Virus record (IMG/VR): IMGVR_UViG_3300001533_003144
Coordinates: 32,001-96,000 of that record
DNA length: 64,000 nucleotides
Direction: 5' to 3' (one strand)
From: a virus
Shown here: one piece after another, positions 17,971-27,528 of the stretch
Position numbering within the stretch: position 1 is the first letter of the stretch
Layout: every line of letters begins with the position of its first letter
Notes under the pieces: generated by a model
Seen by the model: only the letters and a program-made list of their open reading frames with translations
The model's database searches: none
What the model was told of the DNA's origin: nothing
Translations under genes and position numbers: made by a program

Positions 17971-18492
17971 ATGAGTGAAACTAATCGTTACGGATTTGAT
18001 TTAAGGTTCAGAAGCAATATCCTGGATGGAGAGAGGCACGCAAGTGAAGTTCTTATGTCTGCAGGTTTTGTTTCGGGTCAGCCTTTGGTATGGTCAGCGT
18101 CAGGGTGGATTAAAGCTTCCGCCGGTGATGTTGTGTTTTTCCCTTTTGTAAGTAGGGATGATGTTCTTAATCAGTCTCCTAAGATTGAAAAAGAACTTCA
18201 GGAAGGAACTCCTGTTCTCGGTGTTGTTGGTGGTGTTAATATTGCCCGTATGGAGGGTGGCATTTCTAAGACAGAACATGCTCTTCCTTTTAAAGCTACT
18301 CCATGTTCAGGCAACTGGGCGGTGGATGATAAGCTGTACATTAATGGAGACAATCTTCTTGACAATGCTCCGGAAACTGAGGGGGATCCTTACTATGGTG
18401 TTGTTACTGAGTTTGAAGGGGATTCTGATGATGCTACAGCAATTGTAGCTGTTCTTAATTCTTTTCCAACTTATGTGCCTGTGGCTCCTTAA
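17971..18492 (+). CDS. Capsid decoration/cement protein
   Basis: Immediately upstream of the major capsid gene; W-x-V-D-D-K-L-Y...YGVV pattern resembling beta-tulip decoration proteins. Confidence 0.6.
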   Translation: MSETNRYGFDLRFRSNILDGERHASEVLMSAGFVSGQPLVWSASGWIKASAGDVVFFPFVSRDDVLNQSPKIEKELQEGTPVLGVVGGVNIARMEGGISKTEHALPFKATPCSGNWAVDDKLYINGDNLLDNAPETEGDPYYGVVTEFEGDSDDATAIVAVLNSFPTYVPVAP

Positions 18493-18558
18493 AGAGAGGT
18501 AGTCTGATGTTAGGTGGGTTTATGGTTATTTTTGAATCTTAATAGTGAGGTAAATGTT

Positions 18559-19452
18559 ATGCTTGAGAAGAAAACTCCTAAAAAGGTGGACCAGAGGAGA
18601 GCCGAAGCTGCTATAGATAGGGCTTTGAAAACTCGTGATGGTATTCACCGAGTGGCGGCCGCTATGTCTAATCCGGTAAAAAGGATGCTGGATTATAAGG
18701 CCATTTTTCGTAACCTTGTTGTGGTCGAGACTAATTATCCGGAAGCACATCCTCTGTCTTATGACAGGGATCTTGAGCCTATTCCGGCTATACGGGTTGG
18801 TGCAACGGCTACTTCCCGTTTTGTTGATTGTAATCCGGAAAGAATTTTCTTGGATGAGTTTGAGATTGTTTCCAGGGTTAAGGTTCCTTACAAAGAGCTT
18901 TATACTCGTAAGTATAAGGTTCTTAACCGGGCAAAGGAAAGACTGGTTGAGGGTGTAGGTCTCCGTGAAGATATCCTTGGGTTCTCTCTTATTGAGGATG
19001 CAAGTATCTTTGGAGGTGAGTATGGCAACACTCCGATAAGCGAGACTACAAGCCTTTCTAAGTCGGCACTTAGTCGTGCTTTTACCCAGCTTAAAAACCG
19101 AAGGATAGCTCCTGGAACTATGCTGATGAACCCTATCGGTACTTCCGGTATCCAGAGATGGGGGTGGAACGAGATAGATCAGGAAGGGTTTAAAGAAATC
19201 CGTCAGAGTGGTTATCTCGGAAACCTTTGGAGAGCCAGTTTTTATGAGTCGGATCTTGTAAAAACAGATAAGTCTTATGTACTTGGAGATCCTGATCTTC
19301 TTGGTTGGATGCCTATCCGTAAGGATACTGAGGTTACTGGTGGTGATGAGCCTGATTATATCAGACTTGGTTTCATTGCTTATATGCTTCTCGGTATGGC
19401 AATCACGAATATTTCCGGAGTTGCTTCGGTTGAATATGATGCCACCAAATAG
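18559..19452 (+). CDS. Major capsid protein (HK97 fold)
   Basis: AAAMSNPVKRMLDYKAIFRNLVV, FEIVSRVKVPY, REDILGF, MLMNP; ATG 18559 follows GAGGT; followed by a terminator. Confidence 0.85.
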   Translation: MLEKKTPKKVDQRRAEAAIDRALKTRDGIHRVAAAMSNPVKRMLDYKAIFRNLVVVETNYPEAHPLSYDRDLEPIPAIRVGATATSRFVDCNPERIFLDEFEIVSRVKVPYKELYTRKYKVLNRAKERLVEGVGLREDILGFSLIEDASIFGGEYGNTPISETTSLSKSALSRAFTQLKNRRIAPGTMLMNPIGTSGIQRWGWNEIDQEGFKEIRQSGYLGNLWRASFYESDLVKTDKSYVLGDPDLLGWMPIRKDTEVTGGDEPDYIRLGFIAYMLLGMAITNISGVASVEYDATK

Positions 19453-19474
19453 TTGATTTGTTACCGGTGTTTGT

Positions 19475-19505
19475 GAGGGGGAGTTCTTAGCTTCCCCTTT
19501 TTTTA
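19475..19505 (+). terminator. Rho-independent terminator
   Basis: AGGGGGAGT-tctta-GCTTCCCCT hairpin followed by a T-run, just after the capsid gene. Confidence 0.85.
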
Positions 19506-19536
19506 TTATTATATTGTTGTTCTATGGAGGAAAACA

Positions 19537-20328
19537 ATGCCAAGAAAACAAGGTAAGCCTACTAAAGGTAAAGAGGAGAAAAAAACTCCTCAAAAAAAAG
19601 ATGTAAAGGTGTCTAAGGTAGATGAAAAGGCTATTGAAGATCAGTTGAATGCTATGGGTGAAGAGTCCATTGACGGCGAAAAAAGGGTCCCAAAGTCCTC
19701 GCCTGTGACTAAGGCTTCTGAAGAGGTAAATCCTGAGTTGGCTACAAAACCTCAAAAAGGTACAGATAGTCCTGATACCTCTCAGACGAAAGAAGAAGAG
19801 TCCTCAAAAGACTCTACGGTAGAAAAAGCTAAGGATGAGGAGATTGCGGAACTGAAAGAAAAGCTTGAGGCGGCTTCTGCTCCCCAGAAAGGAGAGAATA
19901 AAGAAAAGCCGGAAGAGAAAAAAGATCCTACGGATTTCTTTAAAAAAGAATCTTCCGGTAAGTTGATTTTCTCTAACAGAACTCATTTTGAACTTGTTTT
20001 CTCGGATCTTGGTTTCCCCAGCCCTGGAGATAAGTTTGATCCTTTGGTCTTTACTCCTTATGAAGAGAGAGATCTGGAAGCCGAGGGTTTTACCTTTGAG
20101 CAGATCAGAAAATCTATGAATATGAGAAACTTTGTGGCCTCTGGGAAAATAAAGCACGGTAAACTGGAAGAAGGTGATAAACTTCCCGAAGATACTAAGT
20201 TTGGTTCTATCCGGAATCTTGGTGGTGATGTTACTTCTATTGGAGTAAAGTTCTCCGGGCATTATTTTAAGCTTTACATGGATTTTATTGCTAAAGAAAA
20301 GGCAAGGTTTAACAAGGGTGAGGTCTAA
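19537..20328 (+). CDS. Hypothetical protein with K/E-rich disordered N-terminus (head-associated?)
   Basis: GGAGG RBS; located after the capsid gene. Confidence 0.6.
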   Translation: MPRKQGKPTKGKEEKKTPQKKDVKVSKVDEKAIEDQLNAMGEESIDGEKRVPKSSPVTKASEEVNPELATKPQKGTDSPDTSQTKEEESSKDSTVEKAKDEEIAELKEKLEAASAPQKGENKEKPEEKKDPTDFFKKESSGKLIFSNRTHFELVFSDLGFPSPGDKFDPLVFTPYEERDLEAEGFTFEQIRKSMNMRNFVASGKIKHGKLEEGDKLPEDTKFGSIRNLGGDVTSIGVKFSGHYFKLYMDFIAKEKARFNKGEV

Positions 20329-20331
20329 CCT

Positions 20332-21171
20332 ATGGCTAACCCTCACGGAACCCCTATCTCATCACAGTCTGAGTTAAAAGGGATGCCCTTTACACTTTCG
20401 GTTGTTTTCCGGGACGGGGGTTATCCTATTGAAGTAAGTAATCCTAAAATAAGGATATTCTCAAAAGACAATGATAACCTTATAGCGTTCAGGTCTCTGG
20501 ACAGTTCTCCTACTACGGGAGACAATACCGAACATCATTTGATACCTATACCTAGTGTTACGGGGTATTCTATTACAATAGATCCTTTATCCTTACCCAC
20601 AGGGTTGTATAAGGTGGCGTTCTCCGGGGAAATGTTGAATGAGGATCAGACTTATGTGGAGGTCGTGGGGGTTATAGGCTTACAGGAATTGTCCAGGGTA
20701 GATCGTATCCTGGTTTCTGCTTTGGCTTGTATGATGGACAATCCGGAAGAGTATTTGTTTAAGCCTCAGGTACATCAGTTCAAGGCTTATAATCTCTACA
20801 AGTTTTTACACAGTGGGATACAGTATATTAACCTTATCCCTCCTATGGCGACTAATTATACTATAGATGATTTACCTGAGCCTTTTGAAGCTCCTTTGGT
20901 GGATTATATTGTAGCTAAAGCTATGTTTGGTAAAGCTCGGTTAGGGATCGAGAACGATTTTAATGTTCAGGATAGTCGTAGTATTCAGCAGGACACTTAC
21001 TCAAAATATAAGAGTATGTATGATACTCTTATTCAAGGTGTAAAAGACTCGGTTAAAGAAGCAAAGCAGTTATTAAGACCCTCTCCAAGAGGGTTTAAAC
21101 GAAACAAGTTTCCGTTGCATGTTCAGCGGATGATTTCTTTGTCTCCGCATTATACTAATGTTTTCTATTAA
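20332..21171 (+). CDS. Head-tail adaptor/neck protein with N-terminal Ig-like domain
   Basis: Synteny; beta-rich N-terminal half (GLYKVAFSG) and helical C-terminal half (INLIPP...LVDYIVAKA). Confidence 0.55.
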   Translation: MANPHGTPISSQSELKGMPFTLSVVFRDGGYPIEVSNPKIRIFSKDNDNLIAFRSLDSSPTTGDNTEHHLIPIPSVTGYSITIDPLSLPTGLYKVAFSGEMLNEDQTYVEVVGVIGLQELSRVDRILVSALACMMDNPEEYLFKPQVHQFKAYNLYKFLHSGIQYINLIPPMATNYTIDDLPEPFEAPLVDYIVAKAMFGKARLGIENDFNVQDSRSIQQDTYSKYKSMYDTLIQGVKDSVKEAKQLLRPSPRGFKRNKFPLHVQRMISLSPHYTNVFY

Positions 21172-21190
21172 AGTGTTCTGAAAATCCTCT

Positions 21191-21201
21191 TTTATATAAT
21201 A
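21191..21201 (+). promoter_or_regulatory. Putative late promoter TTTATATAATA
   Basis: Intergenic motif copy before the fibre operon. Confidence 0.72.
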
Positions 21202-21234
21202 ACATAGTAATGTTCTTATTTTTTGGAGGTAATT

Positions 21235-21576
21235 ATGTCTGAAAAGATTTTGGTAGGTGATCAGCTTGTTTTTAATAAAAAAGAGGTTGCAGCTGGAGCT
21301 TCTTTTGTCTCTGATCCTATAAGTATTGACAATAATTTTGATCGTATGACAGTCTATTCTCATTCGTCTGCCCTAGACGGTACTCTTGAGTTAGAGATAC
21401 CGCTTAATGGTAGCTGGTATCCTGCTTTAACTGACAGTATAGTTTCGGGGTCTTTAAGTGTTTTTAGTAACTATCACTTTTTTCCTAAAGTGAGGTTTAA
21501 GTTTACAGCAGGTGCAGGTGCAGGAGCTACGGTTGTGTCTTGTCAGATGAACATTGTTAAGCATGTGGCACAATAG
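21235..21576 (+). CDS. Small beta-sandwich virion protein
   Basis: ATG 21235 follows GGAGGT; beta-strand-rich sequence (GTLELE...W...KVRFKFT). Confidence 0.55.
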   Translation: MSEKILVGDQLVFNKKEVAAGASFVSDPISIDNNFDRMTVYSHSSALDGTLELEIPLNGSWYPALTDSIVSGSLSVFSNYHFFPKVRFKFTAGAGAGATVVSCQMNIVKHVAQ

Positions 21577-21585
21577 GAGGTTCTT

Positions 21586-23724
21586 ATGGTACTTAAAACC
21601 GGTGGTAAAAGTTACGGGGCTGATTTAAACATTACTATTAAAGAAAACTCTCCCGTAGCTACAGATTCCAATTATCCTATAGGTACGGTATGGATAGTTG
21701 CAATTGAAGAGCCTTATAGGGTTTTTATGTGTGTTGATAATGCTCCTGGATCAGCTTCTTGGGTAGATTTAGGGGGTGGTTTCGGTTCGGCTCACGATAA
21801 AGGTTATTATGACACTGAAGCGGAACTTGTGGCAGCTTACCCTACAGGAGAAGCAGGTGATTTTGCTTTTGTAGGGGAAACAGACACTTTCTGGGTATGG
21901 GATACTGATGCAGGGGCTTGGAAAGATACTCATACCTCATTGTCTCTGATATGGGGTCATATTGGTGGGGATATAACTGACCAGACCGACCTTGACATTA
22001 ACGCTATTAACGATGCAGATGGTAAAAAAGCGGAGTGGAATGGTAAACAAGATAATTTAGGGTTTACACCGGAGAATACGGTTAACAAAATATCAAGTTT
22101 CCAAGCAACTCCCGATGACATAAAATTTCCTACAGAGAAGTTAGTCAAGGATAGTCTCGACGGAAAAGCCGATATCACCGAGTTCAATAATGTTTGGTTC
22201 GTTTCCAAACAGGGAAACAACGACAACGCAGGGAACAGACCTGATAGATCCTTTCTAACAATCAACAGAGCGATAGCTGAAGCAGGTGTCGGAGACCTTA
22301 TTCTTGTGACTGGTTCAGAAGTCTATGAAGAAGACCTCGTTATCGGAGAAAGACTTTACATAGATGCAAACAACGCAATATTGAAAGGAACTATAGTGAT
22401 AGGTTCATGTTCGGTGGTGAAACTGAACAGATTAATTGCTCCGGGAAACAACGCAACTCTTGTGAAAAATGTTGGGTGTAATGGTAGAAGTTATATCATA
22501 GCCAACTGCGTATTAGGTGGCGGAAGTGATATTGCTGGAGCAGAAGATAATTTTAACAATGTTGAAATAGTCCGGAACATCTCTGAAGAGGGTTCTTTAG
22601 TTTTTAAAGCGACACATGTTACAGTCGCAGAAGACGGATATTTCATTTACTCCATTGATACAGGTGGTGAAATTGAGATGACTGGTAGCTCTAATGAGTG
22701 GACAGGTAGTGCTGGCTCCAGTAATCCCCAGAATGTCTGGGTGAACACAGCACTTTCAGCTCTTGCCCAATGGGGAACGCTTGGTGGCGGAGCACTGGTC
22801 ATGGAAGATGGTGAACCAGGAGCATCCGATGTAAAATTCCTGAAATATTCTTTTGTGACACAACAATTGGTGACTGGGTACTCGTTTTTCGCTCACACCA
22901 ATTGGATTCTGAACAGAATGCCGTCTGAGTTTAAAGTCTATGGTTTCAAAGATGCTGCATGGACTCTAATTGAACACAGAACAGGAGTGACTTATGTTGA
23001 AGGAGCAAATGATTTCGATATACCAGTGGGGAGTCAGGATACTTATGCAGAAATAGCATTTGTGTTCCTTGAAACACCAGATGTAGAAAGGGTCTCTCTT
23101 GCAAGGGTTTCCCTCATCAACGATAACTCTGAAGTCGGTGGCAGTATCGAATACCATATAGAGAGAATGGTACTCAGGGATAATGCAACCGCCATTAAAG
23201 CAAGTTCTTCAACTTGCGAATACAATGGTGTAATAGTCGAAACCAGAGATACAGGGAGCGGAACACTTGTTGACATAGACGACGGTACTGTCTCAATCAT
23301 GGGAGCTTGTGCCGATGTCAATACCTTGTGGAATAACACAGGTGGCTCGCTTGCTGTTAGTATTTTGAAAAGAATGGGTGGTTTCTCTGGTATTGCAGAA
23401 CTGTATGCAAAGGCAATCAGAGAAGTTGACCCAGATGATTCAGCAGTTGTAAATCTTGTTGATTCCTTGAGATTCGGGGAAATAAGATTGACAGACAACG
23501 GAGACCAGCAAGTCGTTGTTCCAGCCAACGCAACAGAGGACATTCCGATAGGCTCTGAGTTTGTGATTCAAGGATTAGGAACAGGAACCAAAACAATCTC
23601 ATCCGCTGTAGGAGTTGACATCAACGGAGTCACAGACGACTTTGTCCTCGACAGTCAGTACGCAAGTGCTGTGTTGAGGAAGATTAGTGAGAATGCGTGG
23701 TTGATAATCGGGGCAGTTAATTAA
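21586..23724 (+). CDS. Tail or head fibre/spike protein
   Basis: Fibre motifs (YPIGTVW...CVDNAPGSASW; WGHIGGDITDQTDL; WNGKQDNLGFTPEN); pectin-lyase-like start (WFVSKQGNNDNAG...FLTINRAI); discoidin-like segment (RMPSEFKVYG...WT); C-terminal QYASAVLRKISENAWLIIG. Confidence 0.75.
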   Translation: MVLKTGGKSYGADLNITIKENSPVATDSNYPIGTVWIVAIEEPYRVFMCVDNAPGSASWVDLGGGFGSAHDKGYYDTEAELVAAYPTGEAGDFAFVGETDTFWVWDTDAGAWKDTHTSLSLIWGHIGGDITDQTDLDINAINDADGKKAEWNGKQDNLGFTPENTVNKISSFQATPDDIKFPTEKLVKDSLDGKADITEFNNVWFVSKQGNNDNAGNRPDRSFLTINRAIAEAGVGDLILVTGSEVYEEDLVIGERLYIDANNAILKGTIVIGSCSVVKLNRLIAPGNNATLVKNVGCNGRSYIIANCVLGGGSDIAGAEDNFNNVEIVRNISEEGSLVFKATHVTVAEDGYFIYSIDTGGEIEMTGSSNEWTGSAGSSNPQNVWVNTALSALAQWGTLGGGALVMEDGEPGASDVKFLKYSFVTQQLVTGYSFFAHTNWILNRMPSEFKVYGFKDAAWTLIEHRTGVTYVEGANDFDIPVGSQDTYAEIAFVFLETPDVERVSLARVSLINDNSEVGGSIEYHIERMVLRDNATAIKASSSTCEYNGVIVETRDTGSGTLVDIDDGTVSIMGACADVNTLWNNTGGSLAVSILKRMGGFSGIAELYAKAIREVDPDDSAVVNLVDSLRFGEIRLTDNGDQQVVVPANATEDIPIGSEFVIQGLGTGTKTISSAVGVDINGVTDDFVLDSQYASAVLRKISENAWLIIGAVN

Positions 23725-23733
23725 GGAGGTATT

Positions 23734-26067
23734 ATGAATATTGGTCAAATAGCTTCTACTGCCATTAGGAAACTAAAGGCTTGGAGCATAGGAAAAATGA
23801 ATTCGGAAGGATTCATTGAAAGGACAAAAAATAATGTAGATACGCCTTTGAAATGGGAGCCTTTTGTGACGGAGAGGTTGTGTGCTAAGGGTGATGGTGC
23901 TACCGCTTATATGACAATGAATTCAGCGGTAAACTTTGTATATACTAAAGATTTCTCTATAGAGTATTTATGGCAAGTAAAAGCAATAGATGTTCTGAAA
24001 ACTCTTTTTGGTTCTTCATCGGATACTCTTGACTATTTTCATCAAACGGAAAATAATGACAATCAGATAGGTATGTTTGATGCCGGTATTGGAACGTCAC
24101 GCAAGGTATTTTTTACTTCTGCTTTTTTGATTGATAACACATACCATATTGATAGTTCGTACAGTAAGACTACTAAATTATGGACAATTACAAGAACTAA
24201 CCTAACAAGCGGAGTCGATAATGAAACTGCGAATATAGACTGCACTGGATATAATTTCGACCTGCAAATTAATAGACTATTCTCAAGAGGTTATGGCGAT
24301 AGATTCTTACCCGACTCTATTTGTTGTCTTAAAATGTCAATTGATGGTGTATTAGTAACTAACTACCCTTTAGAGCTGTCGGGTTATGACATATCAGGAA
24401 ACGCCAACCATCTAACCAATTACGGTGTTGACCTTGGAGCAACCTACGAAAACGCAAACGGTGTATATTCCTACAATCTTAACAACGGTTTCGACCTCTA
24501 CTCTAAAGACGGAACAGACCCAGTTGAATACATGGAAGTCCCCTATGTGGACGGTTCACCAGTTGTATCATCTGTCACAGGATATACAAAGGTATCAGAA
24601 CACCCAGCGGGATTCCATTTTAACAATTCTTCTATCAAGTTCGTGCCTTTTTCAACAGGACATGACGGAACTGGATGGGTGGTTCCGCAGGAGATAAAGG
24701 ATATAGATACGGACTTTATATTACATAACGAAACAACAGGCTATGCAATTGAGTTCGATAGAGATACCATACAGGATATATTGACAGCGGACAGCGATTA
24801 TGTATTCATAGACCTGTCCGAAGAAAATAAAGTCAAAAATCTGATGCTCTACAGAGAACCGTTGACAGGCGTTGAGCTTGTAAAAGCAAGGAAGTTCTGC
24901 AACTATGAGGAGTCGTGGGATAATGTTACTTTGAATTTGACACTTACCACAACTTCTGATTCCGAATCTGTTTCGATTGAAAAAGTTATGTTGAGCGAAG
25001 AGAGTGAGATTGACTGGGGTGATGGTAATACAACAACTCTTAATGCTGAAACTGATTATGTACCGCTGTCACATACATACGCAAGTGCAGGCAGTTACAC
25101 TGCCAAGATCAAGAAACCGAGCAGTATAACTCAGATATGGATTCGTAACAACAAAATAAGCGGTTTCCATTCCGCTCAGTTGAGGTTTGCAGATGTCTAT
25201 GATCTTAGATGCAATAATCTTGGCACTGCAAAAGAATGCGTGGTGAAATCGGAGCACATGACTTCTTGGATAGGGTATTATTGGATGTTACACTCAATGC
25301 CGAGCGGAACCTATAATATCGACAGTTCAGACCTGACATCTTGGACAGGGTATTATTGGCAGTTACACTCAATGCCGAGTGGAACATACAACATAGACAG
25401 TTCGGACATGACATCATGGACTGGGGGTTATTGGCAGTTATACTCAATGCCGAGCGGAACCTATAATATCGACAGTTCAGACATGACATCTTGGACAGGG
25501 TATTCTTGGCTTTTACGCTCCATGCCGAGCGGGACATATAACATAGATTCAGCCCACATGGTGGATTGGACTGGGACTGCTTGGTATCTCTACTCCATGC
25601 CGAGCGGGACATATAACATAGATTCAGCCCACATGGTGGATTGGACTGGGACTATTTGGATTCTCTACTCCATGCCGAGCGGAACCTATAATATCGACAG
25701 TTCAGACATGACTTCTTGGACTGGGCAGTATTGGCGGTTATACTCAATGCCGAGCGGGACATACAACATCGGTGCATCAACTATCAGGAACTGGACAACG
25801 AATGAGGTTATCAATCTTTATAATTTAGAGGATTCAGTAAGTGGTCTGAATGTCCTTGCAACAGAATCCGAGTGCATAAAGGTTATTGACGACATCTACG
25901 CAGGTAGATTGACCTTTAGAGGGACACCTGTTCTTATCCTAACAGGAACTAACGCGGATATAACCGATGCAGGAACACGAACCAAGATAGATCACTTGAG
26001 AGCAGGCGATGACGGAGTCGATACATTTCAGCCTTGGGAAATTAATGTTAACGGATATCCAGCATAA
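23734..26067 (+). CDS. Putative receptor-binding fibre: LamG-like, PKD-like and LRR-like repeat domains
   Basis: DISGNANHLT (LamG-associated); IDWGDG...HTYASAGSY (PKD); seven 25-aa tandem repeats. Confidence 0.7.
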   Translation: MNIGQIASTAIRKLKAWSIGKMNSEGFIERTKNNVDTPLKWEPFVTERLCAKGDGATAYMTMNSAVNFVYTKDFSIEYLWQVKAIDVLKTLFGSSSDTLDYFHQTENNDNQIGMFDAGIGTSRKVFFTSAFLIDNTYHIDSSYSKTTKLWTITRTNLTSGVDNETANIDCTGYNFDLQINRLFSRGYGDRFLPDSICCLKMSIDGVLVTNYPLELSGYDISGNANHLTNYGVDLGATYENANGVYSYNLNNGFDLYSKDGTDPVEYMEVPYVDGSPVVSSVTGYTKVSEHPAGFHFNNSSIKFVPFSTGHDGTGWVVPQEIKDIDTDFILHNETTGYAIEFDRDTIQDILTADSDYVFIDLSEENKVKNLMLYREPLTGVELVKARKFCNYEESWDNVTLNLTLTTTSDSESVSIEKVMLSEESEIDWGDGNTTTLNAETDYVPLSHTYASAGSYTAKIKKPSSITQIWIRNNKISGFHSAQLRFADVYDLRCNNLGTAKECVVKSEHMTSWIGYYWMLHSMPSGTYNIDSSDLTSWTGYYWQLHSMPSGTYNIDSSDMTSWTGGYWQLYSMPSGTYNIDSSDMTSWTGYSWLLRSMPSGTYNIDSAHMVDWTGTAWYLYSMPSGTYNIDSAHMVDWTGTIWILYSMPSGTYNIDSSDMTSWTGQYWRLYSMPSGTYNIGASTIRNWTTNEVINLYNLEDSVSGLNVLATESECIKVIDDIYAGRLTFRGTPVLILTGTNADITDAGTRTKIDHLRAGDDGVDTFQPWEINVNGYPA
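25261..25770 (+). repeat. Seven in-frame 75-nt tandem repeats (TSWTGxxWxLxSMPSGTYNIDSSDM)
   Basis: Units start at 25261, 25336, 25411, 25486, 25561, 25636 and 25711. Confidence 0.95.
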
Positions 26068-26079
26068 TAGGAGGAAACA

Positions 26080-26580
26080 ATGATAAAAATTAAAGATTTC
26101 ACCCACGAAGAACTCACAACCCTTCTGAATTCCGACACGGACTTCACCCTGGACAACACTGATAAGGTAGGAATAGAAGTTCCTGTCAGAGCGTTGGAAA
26201 TAACTATTAAGAAAAAGATGTATCAGGAAGATATAATTGATACACTTGAAGGGACGCTGACAAAAGAACCAGACTGCAAAGACGGAAAGGAACCAGTAAA
26301 GAAAACCGAAATAGACTGTAAACTAGCAATTGCTCCAGACCACGAAAGAAAGATAAGGGAGTATTTCAGAGTCTATGAGGAAACAAAGGACAAAGCGATA
26401 CTATTGCCTTTTATACAGGACACCAGAGGTCACGAATGCTTCACCAAAGAACAATTGAAATTTCTCCTTGAGATAACAGGCGGACAAATTGTTGAAAGAC
26501 CTGTTAAAGAAGAAGCCGAAGAGACACCTGAATTACAAGTTATAGAAGGAGGGAAAGTATGTTTTATCATCCCGAACTAA
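26080..26580 (+). CDS. Hypothetical protein, possible fibre assembly chaperone
   Basis: AGGAGG RBS; directly follows the fibre and shares its codon style. Confidence 0.55.
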   Translation: MIKIKDFTHEELTTLLNSDTDFTLDNTDKVGIEVPVRALEITIKKKMYQEDIIDTLEGTLTKEPDCKDGKEPVKKTEIDCKLAIAPDHERKIREYFRVYEETKDKAILLPFIQDTRGHECFTKEQLKFLLEITGGQIVERPVKEEAEETPELQVIEGGKVCFIIPN

Positions 26581-26771
26581 ATAAAGCAACTATCCGTCCA
26601 AGAATAAAAAATGTAAGTAACCCCTCAGATGATACTATTTATCAGAAGGGTTGGATAGATCTTGTTGATGAAATCCCTGAATATAATCCTGAAACACATT
26701 TTATTCAGGTAAAGAAAATAAGGGTAGAGGGGGGTAAAGCATATAGAGAGTTTGAGGTAGTTTCATTATGA
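26559..26771 (+). CDS. Small tail-fibre-associated protein
   Basis: GW...V...PEYNPETH motif typical of small fibre-assembly proteins; GGAGGG RBS. Confidence 0.55.
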   Translation: MFYHPELNKATIRPRIKNVSNPSDDTIYQKGWIDLVDEIPEYNPETHFIQVKKIRVEGGKAYREFEVVSL

Positions 26772-26923
26772 GAAAACTCTTTTTCTTAATGATTTTATTG
26801 GTTGTTTGTATTGTTGCTTTAGAGGAATGCCGTAAGGGGTGTGGAAGCTCTTACAATCCTCTTTGTTTGGTCAAGTGTTATGATCAATATAATGAATGTA
26901 AGAGAAATGCTTCCGTATTATAG
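26768..26923 (+). CDS. Small Cys-rich peptide with hydrophobic N-terminus (51 aa, not in the ORF track)
   Basis: ATGA overlap, GAGGT RBS; MRKLFFLMILLVVCIVALEECRKGCGSSYNPLCLVKCYDQYNECKRNASVL. Confidence 0.6.
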   Translation: MRKLFFLMILLVVCIVALEECRKGCGSSYNPLCLVKCYDQYNECKRNASVL

Positions 26924-26960
26924 TGGTGTCCTTTGTTAATTTATTTTTTGTGAGGTTATT

Positions 26961-27281
26961 ATGCGAAATTTAGTTTTGGTTATTTTACTTGTTACTATGT
27001 TTATTGTTGCCGGTTGTCCTACTTCTCGGATTATCCGGGGAAGTTTCCGGGATGGTAGTGGTAATTTGTACAGTTACCTTCTTGAAGATGATCCAAAGGA
27101 GAAGGTGGCTGAGGTTTCTGTTGCTTACAAAGGTAAGGAGTACCGTTGTCAGGTTAAGTACACTACAGACGATCCTAACCTGCTTGAGGTTGATGTCGAT
27201 GTCAGTCAGGCGGATATTACCGGATCGGTTAAAGTTACTTATAAGAAGGTTTCGGTGCATTGTTCTCTTTTAGAAGTTTAG
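26961..27281 (+). CDS. Putative lipoprotein
   Basis: Signal peptide ending in lipobox VAG|C. Confidence 0.65.
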   Translation: MRNLVLVILLVTMFIVAGCPTSRIIRGSFRDGSGNLYSYLLEDDPKEKVAEVSVAYKGKEYRCQVKYTTDDPNLLEVDVDVSQADITGSVKVTYKKVSVHCSLLEV

Positions 27282-27291
27282 GGAGGTTACT

Positions 27292-27513
27292 ATGCCTGTT
27301 GAGATGATTCCTGTGGAAAGTTCTAACCTTTCTGCAATCGGGTACGATTCTGATACTTCTACTTTGTATGTAAACTTTCTTAATGGTAGCCAGTATGCTT
27401 ACAAGGAGGTTCCGGAAGAGGTCTTTGAAGAGTTTAAAGAGTCTGATTCTAAGGGTCAGTTTCTTCATCGTAGAATTAAGTTGGGTGGGTTTGAGTACGA
27501 AAGGGCTATTTAG
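27292..27513 (+). CDS. KTSC domain protein
   Basis: VESSNLSAIGYD...LYVNFLNGSQYAYKEVP...SKGQFLHRRIK is the KTSC signature. Confidence 0.92.
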   Translation: MPVEMIPVESSNLSAIGYDSDTSTLYVNFLNGSQYAYKEVPEEVFEEFKESDSKGQFLHRRIKLGGFEYERAI

Positions 27514-27528
27514 CTTTTGGGGTTTGGT

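Noticed and set aside
25261-25770. CRISPR array
   Set aside because: Units are in-frame 75-nt coding repeats without unique spacers, and no cas genes are present.
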